Both the position numbers and the translations under genes were made by a program. From the sequence record LR756504.1: a stretch of DNA of 64,000 nt, one strand, 5' to 3'. Positions within the stretch are counted from its first letter, which is position 1. Each line of letters begins with the position of its first letter. Of the stretch, positions 58,645 through 64,000 are shown in pieces. The notes beneath the pieces were generated by a model that was not told the DNA's origin, ran no database searches, and worked only from the letters and a program-made list of their open reading frames with translations.

Positions 58645-59112
58645 TTAAGATAAAAATTTTAATAGTGGTTTTTGTTGTTCTTCTATTAAATCAACTGCCT
58701 CATTTTTAGAAAAGAACCCTGCTTCTGATATTTCTAATTTATCAAGGAAATATCTTAGAATCATATTATTGTATAATTTGAAATCTAATTCATTTCTATT
58801 AATTATTAATACGTAATATTTCAATTCTTTATTTTTAGCACCTTTACTATAGTTTAAAACGCCATTAATAGAATTTTCTAATTTATGTGGATGTATTTTT
58901 ATATTAGCTTCTTCTTCTAATTCTGTTATAGCAGTTTCTAAATCCGACATATCTGTTTCGTTGTGTCCTTTAGGAATTGACCATTTATATGGTTTGTCTT
59001 TAAATTTTGTTGGATGTACTAATAATATTTTATTCTCCATGATGAGAACTATACCACTAAGAAAATGTTTGGTGTTATTTTTATTAAAAGTATCAAATTT
59101 ATCAAAATACAT
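58645..59112 (-). CDS. Nudix hydrolase
   Basis: WSIPKGHNE...LETAITELEEEANI Nudix box; N-terminus MYFDKFDTF. Confidence 0.85.
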   Translation of the reverse strand: MYFDKFDTFNKNNTKHFLSGIVLIMENKILLVHPTKFKDKPYKWSIPKGHNETDMSDLETAITELEEEANIKIHPHKLENSINGVLNYSKGAKNKELKYYVLIINRNELDFKLYNNMILRYFLDKLEISEAGFFSKNEAVDLIEEQQKPLLKFLS

Positions 59113-59136
59113 ATTTTTTAATTATTTTTGTTAAAA

Positions 59137-60708
59137 TTATACAGGTTTATATGTACCGTCTGTGGAAGACCATTGTTGTTTAGTATTATTTGTCATTTTA
59201 GAGGATAGATAATATTTAGGATTCTTACTATCTTTAATTTTTAATTTATATGTTCCTGGATTATTTAATGGTTCAACACAATCGGCTGGTACAAAGTAAT
59301 CAGAAATTTCACTCTCTGTAAAATAATACCCTCTCATCGTACCTTTAAATAGAGTATCATTACTATCTCTAACTGTAAATACTTTACCAATATATTTAAT
59401 CATATCCGCCCAACCATACTTTGCTATATCAGCAGTTATTTTTATTTTTTCACCTGGTTGAAGTAATCTATATTCAGAATTCTTAAATTCATTATTTGAT
59501 GAACCTGTAGTATTGTTAAAATATTTTAAAGTATCTAAGTATGGTTTGGATATCCTACTCCATCCAACATTAGGCAACTCAAATTTTAACACATCATTAT
59601 ATGTAATGCTTCCATTTGAAATTGTACTATCTTTATGTGATTGAACTACTTTAAACCACCAATTTTTTCTTTTAGCAAATGTTTTAAATAATTCTACTTC
59701 TGCTTCAGAATTATAGTAAATTCTATCCATGAAATTTATTTTCTTACCATCTTCCATTTCAACACCATTCCATACAATAGCTCTACCCATTAATTTACCA
59801 TCATCATTTAATAATATTAATAATGATACATTAGGATTATCTGTATAAACAGTAAAGTAATTATCACACTTATCATGTTTCATGCAACTTTTATTTAATG
59901 GTGATTCCTCGAAACCTGATGTTTGATAACTCGAATAATTATACCATTTTTTAATATCTTGTCCTTGTACTATTTGAAAGTTTTTAAAGATAGTAACTTC
60001 CAATTGAATAGATTTAAAAGTATTACCAAATTTTTCAATTTCTACATCCGCAAAAGATTGTCCTTCTTTTTGCATCAAAGCTCTTACTAGTTTACCTATC
60101 GATGTTGTTTGTCTATATCTATTTTTCCAAAATTCTTCATTCTCGACATTTTTTTCTCTATTAGCTGGTAGGAAACTTACCATACCTGGTTCACCTTCAA
60201 TATTCAAATATAAATGTTGAAGAGATTCTTTATTATTTTCTAAACTTAAAATAAATTGTGCTATTTTATCATCCTTGGGAAATTTTTCTAAAATCTCAAT
60301 AATTTTAGAGCTTAAAAATTCCTTATTTCCTATAGATAGTGGATTTTCTATTTGTTCTGGTGTCAAAGCCAATAATTTTTCGGTTGGTTTAATAGTATGA
60401 GCCTGTCCTCTTCTTTCACCTTTCTTAATTGTTATTAATTTCTTTAAATACAACCAACTTATATGTCTTGCATAACTGTTAGTATTTTCTTTTTGTTTAG
60501 TTATTGGATTAACACCAACTAATTTTGTAAGCGTCATACCTTCTGGGTTAGCTTGAAGGAGTTTAATATAATGTGAAATCTTTTCCCAATTTCTGAATTT
60601 TAAACCTGATACTTCACCCTTATCAATTCTATTAAAGTAATGATCATCTCTCATTTCTTCTTTTTCTTCATTTAGAAAATCATCGAAAAATAGCATTGGA
60701 TGTAACAT
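59137..60708 (-). CDS. SCM/GRAIVW/DRIY family paralogue 6 with leader, N-terminal winged-helix and inserted SH3-like domain
   Basis: MLFFDDFLNE leader; SPLNKSCMKH, GRAIVW, FMDRIY, NWWFK, KPYLDTLKY. Confidence 0.85.
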   Translation of the reverse strand: MLHPMLFFDDFLNEEKEEMRDDHYFNRIDKGEVSGLKFRNWEKISHYIKLLQANPEGMTLTKLVGVNPITKQKENTNSYARHISWLYLKKLITIKKGERRGQAHTIKPTEKLLALTPEQIENPLSIGNKEFLSSKIIEILEKFPKDDKIAQFILSLENNKESLQHLYLNIEGEPGMVSFLPANREKNVENEEFWKNRYRQTTSIGKLVRALMQKEGQSFADVEIEKFGNTFKSIQLEVTIFKNFQIVQGQDIKKWYNYSSYQTSGFEESPLNKSCMKHDKCDNYFTVYTDNPNVSLLILLNDDGKLMGRAIVWNGVEMEDGKKINFMDRIYYNSEAEVELFKTFAKRKNWWFKVVQSHKDSTISNGSITYNDVLKFELPNVGWSRISKPYLDTLKYFNNTTGSSNNEFKNSEYRLLQPGEKIKITADIAKYGWADMIKYIGKVFTVRDSNDTLFKGTMRGYYFTESEISDYFVPADCVEPLNNPGTYKLKIKDSKNPKYYLSSKMTNNTKQQWSSTDGTYKPV

Positions 60709-60714
60709 TTTTAC

Positions 60715-60723
60715 TATATATAA
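60715..60723 (-). promoter_or_regulatory. Putative late promoter TTATATATA
   Basis: Just upstream of 60708; nearly symmetric, so it could also serve the divergent GIY-YIG gene. Confidence 0.45.
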
Positions 60724-60739
60724 AAAAATAACACGTATA

Positions 60740-61474
60740 ATGATTCAATATATTTACACATTGACAGATCCGATTGATTTAAAAATTAAATATATTGGTA
60801 AAACTAATAATATAAAAAGAAGATTAAAACAACATATGTTACCATCATGTTTAAAATTTAAAAACTATAAAAATAACTGGCTTAAAAAATTAAAAAGTAA
60901 CGGAACTAAACCAATAATTGAAATATTAGATGAAGGAAACGATGTTAATATTGATACTCTCGAACAGTACTGGATTTCACAATTTAAGGCATGGGGGTTC
61001 AATCTTAAAAACATGACAGATGGTGGTAATAGTGGTGTTGATTGGACTGGTAAAAAGCATAAAGAAGTATCTAAAATGAAACTTAAAATGTGCAATTTAA
61101 AAAAAGTAATATATCAATATGATATAAATACAAATGATATTTTAGATAAATTTTTATCAACACACGATATTAAAAAAATACTTGGATTTGATAGAAAAAG
61201 TGTAAGTAATTGCTGTAAAGGTATTAAATATAGTAATGTTGTTGGTGGATATTACTTTAGATATGAAAATGAATATTTTCCATTAATTAAAAGTAGAGTG
61301 AAACGTGAGGTTGTACAATATGATTTGGATGGTAATATTATTGGTGAATTTGAATCAATAAATTCGGCTTCTCAAAATATTTATAATCAAGATAAAATTC
61401 GTAGGTTTTGTAATAGGGAATACAAAAGTTTAGAAAGTTTATACGGATTTGTGTGGAAATACAAATCCGTATAA
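60740..61474 (+). mobile_element. Free-standing GIY-YIG homing endonuclease with NUMOD-type DNA-binding repeats
   Basis: YIYTL......YIGKT.N...R...H, E..WI, NMTDGG; two YQYD..G/N..I..F.S...A repeats. Confidence 0.85.
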
Positions 61475-61480
61475 ACAGGT

Positions 61481-63061
61481 TTAATATACTAATTCGGCTC
61501 TTTGACGAATTGTTTCAATACTATCATCTACTAATAAAACACCATTTTCAAAAATAGTTACCAATTCACATTTAGCTTCATTATAACCTTCTTCAGCAGA
61601 TGTAATTGTGTAATAACCACCATCAGAAGTTTTGACTAATTTCATCATACCTTTTTTAGATTTTTTGAAACTAACTTTGATGTTACCATCTTTATCAATT
61701 TCTTTTGGTGATTTAACAATGTCAACTTCTTTACCATTAATAATTGCAAAACATGTTTTAATTGCAAAGTTTTGTAAATCTCTATCAATTCCTGCTTGTA
61801 AAAGCTTTCCACCCATACCAAGAACTAAATTTTCTGATGCTATACCATTTTCCATTAATGCTTGGTACATAGCTTTGATAGAATCATAATTAACGCCGTC
61901 ACCTTGAATAACTCTTACTTGTGGTGGTAATACTTTAAAGCCTTTCTCATTTACAGTATATCCAAATTTATCAAATAGAATTTTAAATACTGCTTTTAGA
62001 GTCATTACAGGATCACCACTATCAGGTCTAATTACTAAAGTACCTTCTCTTGCTAAAATAATATCACGTAAGTCTGTTCCCCAATATTGCATACATGCCC
62101 TTAAAATGTCAAATGAATCAGAAACACACGCAACTAATCCCTTTGGTTTAGATAGTAATACACGTTTAAATACCTCAAGCTCTCCATCTTCTCCCTCCAT
62201 TGTACAAATAGAATGTTCTGTAGCATCAATAGATTTTCCCCACATTGTTTTAGTATTATAAAATTTCATTAGCATATCAGAACCAGCAACGTTGTCAGAT
62301 CCCATGAAATTGACTAAATGTGATGCCCCGCCTATACTTGCTGATTCAACACTTGATGCGCCCCTGAATCCAAAATCATTTAAAATAAATTGTACCATTG
62401 TTGGAATCATTGCTGGATTAGCACCAGTCTTGATGAGATATTCAACTACAACTTTTTTAACTTCTCTTGATAATGTTGCTACAGTGATTGGATACCAAAT
62501 TTCAAGAAATAATGATTCAATAAATCCTGTTACCCAAGGGAATTCATCATCAGTACTTTCAATTAAAGCAAGAACATTTTTAACAGGTACTACAGCACCT
62601 TCAGGTACAGATTTTATTCTTATTGGGAATTTCCCATCATGCTTTTTAATCATTTTTAACCATTGTTCTTTAGAGAAAGAACCGTCTTTACCAAAAACAC
62701 CATTTTCACCATTCAACTTCTCTTCAGCCTCTTCTACCATATATTCGGATAAAACACTACCAACTAAATATTTTTTCAAAATATATTGAATACCAAACAT
62801 TACAGTCTCTTGAAATTTACCACCTCTAGATTCTAAATACGAAATCATTTTAGTTAAACCTGGTGTATAAAACTTCGGATGTGAATATTTATATGCATCA
62901 GTTAATAAAATTAAATTCGGCTCAATAGATTGTAATGCACGTTCTAATGCTTTGATTACAGCATCTTTTGTCATAACATTATTAATGGCTTTATTAGAAA
63001 ATCTTAGTAATAGTCTTCTAGTTTCTCTATTTAAAGTAATTGTATCTGTATTTGTTTCCAT
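61481..63061 (-). CDS. nadV: Nicotinamide phosphoribosyltransferase
   Basis: TDAYKYSH, DFGFRG, ATEHS, VSDSFD, IRPDSGDP, IQGDG, GMGG.LLQ, RD. Confidence 0.93.
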   Translation of the reverse strand: METNTDTITLNRETRRLLLRFSNKAINNVMTKDAVIKALERALQSIEPNLILLTDAYKYSHPKFYTPGLTKMISYLESRGGKFQETVMFGIQYILKKYLVGSVLSEYMVEEAEEKLNGENGVFGKDGSFSKEQWLKMIKKHDGKFPIRIKSVPEGAVVPVKNVLALIESTDDEFPWVTGFIESLFLEIWYPITVATLSREVKKVVVEYLIKTGANPAMIPTMVQFILNDFGFRGASSVESASIGGASHLVNFMGSDNVAGSDMLMKFYNTKTMWGKSIDATEHSICTMEGEDGELEVFKRVLLSKPKGLVACVSDSFDILRACMQYWGTDLRDIILAREGTLVIRPDSGDPVMTLKAVFKILFDKFGYTVNEKGFKVLPPQVRVIQGDGVNYDSIKAMYQALMENGIASENLVLGMGGKLLQAGIDRDLQNFAIKTCFAIINGKEVDIVKSPKEIDKDGNIKVSFKKSKKGMMKLVKTSDGGYYTITSAEEGYNEAKCELVTIFENGVLLVDDSIETIRQRAELVY

Positions 63062-63078
63062 AATATTAAATTTATTTT

Positions 63079-64000
63079 TTATGCTTGTTGTTTTTGAATA
63101 TATTGAAAATGTGGATGATTCATGAATATGTTAAGACACTTTCTATGTTCTCTTACTACACCTTCTTCTAAATTGAGTTCTGAAAATTTAAACCATTTTA
63201 CTTTAGCTAAATCATCACTTGCTTTAGCATGACTATTAATTACTTTATCATGCCATCCTGAACCAATATGTACAGAATAAATAGTAGTCATGATACTATG
63301 TTCAGTACCAATATATCTCCAATCATTTACTCTTACTTGATCAATGATATTAAATAATGATGGTGATGCACTAATACAAGTTTCTTCACAAAGTTCTCTT
63401 GATGCAGTATCTCTACCAAATTCATCAGTAGGATCTATAAATCCACCAGGAATTCTCCATAAGTTCTTACCTACTTCATATGATTTTTGACCAAGAAGAA
63501 CTTCTAATTCACCATCTAAAAATCTAGTTGCAATAACATCTACTGTAGCGAACGCTGTAGGGTAAAAATTATTGTATTGTGCATATATAATACCTTTTCT
63601 AAAATCATCAGAATTGATATATTCATTTGCTGTTATTTCTCTTAATTCTGTGGCATTATGATTTTCTTTTTGTGGAATAATTATAGATTTATATTTACCA
63701 CCATGTCTTAAATACGTATTAATACACGAGTCTCTACTACCATATAGAACTACATTTTTATCGGGTATTAATTCATTGATTATACCTTCTAAACTTATTA
63801 CCCAATCTTCATTAGATTTGTGATCATAAAGTGGGTAAATTTCTATCGATGGATATAAAGATTTAACCATCATTTCTCTATTCTTATAATCCAATGCGTT
63901 TTTTCTTGACATAACAGGCGTTACTCCCAAGAAAATAATAACTCTTTTGTGATTTTTTATTACTGTATCTACAAGAAATCTTTGACCTTCATGAAGGGTA
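63079..64000 (-). CDS. nadM: Bifunctional NMN adenylyltransferase / ADP-ribose pyrophosphatase (NadM-Nudix); 5' end beyond the window
   Basis: The frame stays open from 63999: TLHEGQRFLVDTVIKNHKRVIIFLGVTP; YGSRD, NATELR, TVD, PGGF.D, RELCEET, DDLA...W. Confidence 0.88.
   Translation of the reverse strand, partial: TLHEGQRFLVDTVIKNHKRVIIFLGVTPVMSRKNALDYKNREMMVKSLYPSIEIYPLYDHKSNEDWVISLEGIINELIPDKNVVLYGSRDSCINTYLRHGGKYKSIIIPQKENHNATELREITANEYINSDDFRKGIIYAQYNNFYPTAFATVDVIATRFLDGELEVLLGQKSYEVGKNLWRIPGGFIDPTDEFGRDTASRELCEETCISASPSLFNIIDQVRVNDWRYIGTEHSIMTTIYSVHIGSGWHDKVINSHAKASDDLAKVKWFKFSELNLEEGVVREHRKCLNIFMNHPHFQYIQKQQA

Noticed and set aside
1-64000. Bacterial chromosome or eukaryotic giant virus origin
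   Set aside because: Housekeeping genes are isolated rather than in their usual operons and are mixed with baseplate, fibre, lysin, Rnl1 and PolB genes. Bacteroidota promoters and tmRNA argue against a eukaryotic virus.
1-64000. Stop-codon reassignment (as in Lak or crAss-like phages)
   Set aside because: Long ORFs are intact in code 11, and TAG (19069, 55233) and TGA (14618, 13868) end genes at sensible positions.
1-64000. CRISPR array, rRNA, IS or transposase
   Set aside because: No regularly spaced direct repeats, rRNA-like GC-rich stretch or transposase motifs were seen.

Overview
The window is an AT-rich, densely coding segment best read as part of a jumbo/huge T4-like myophage of a Bacteroidota host. 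Support: a split family-B DNA polymerase, an Rnl1-type RNA ligase, a baseplate-wedge-like giant protein, tail-fibre-like genes, several lysins and a GIY-YIG endonuclease. Bacteroidota -33 TTTG / -7 TAnnTTTG promoters with 20-nt spacing precede many genes. Host-like metabolic and translation genes include metG (5' part, at the left edge and missed by the ORF track), gltX, grpE, trxA, thyA, prs, nadV and a NadM-Nudix (truncated at the right edge), plus tmRNA, tRNA-fMet and an odd tRNA-Arg. The most striking unexplained structure is a family of six dispersed paralogues sharing an uncharacterised SCM...GRAIVW...DRIY core with variable C-termini. They split into host-promoter/leaderless members and TAATATATA-promoter members with a T4-like capsid-targeting leader. 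Three related M28/M20-like peptidases accompany them, two carrying an undescribed ~90-aa repeat. T4 internal-protein-like leaders also occur on a GNAT, a nucleotidyltransferase, a Nudix, an annexin-like/peptidoglycan-binding protein and, unexpectedly, GluRS. All family assignments come from motif recognition by eye; no searches were run.
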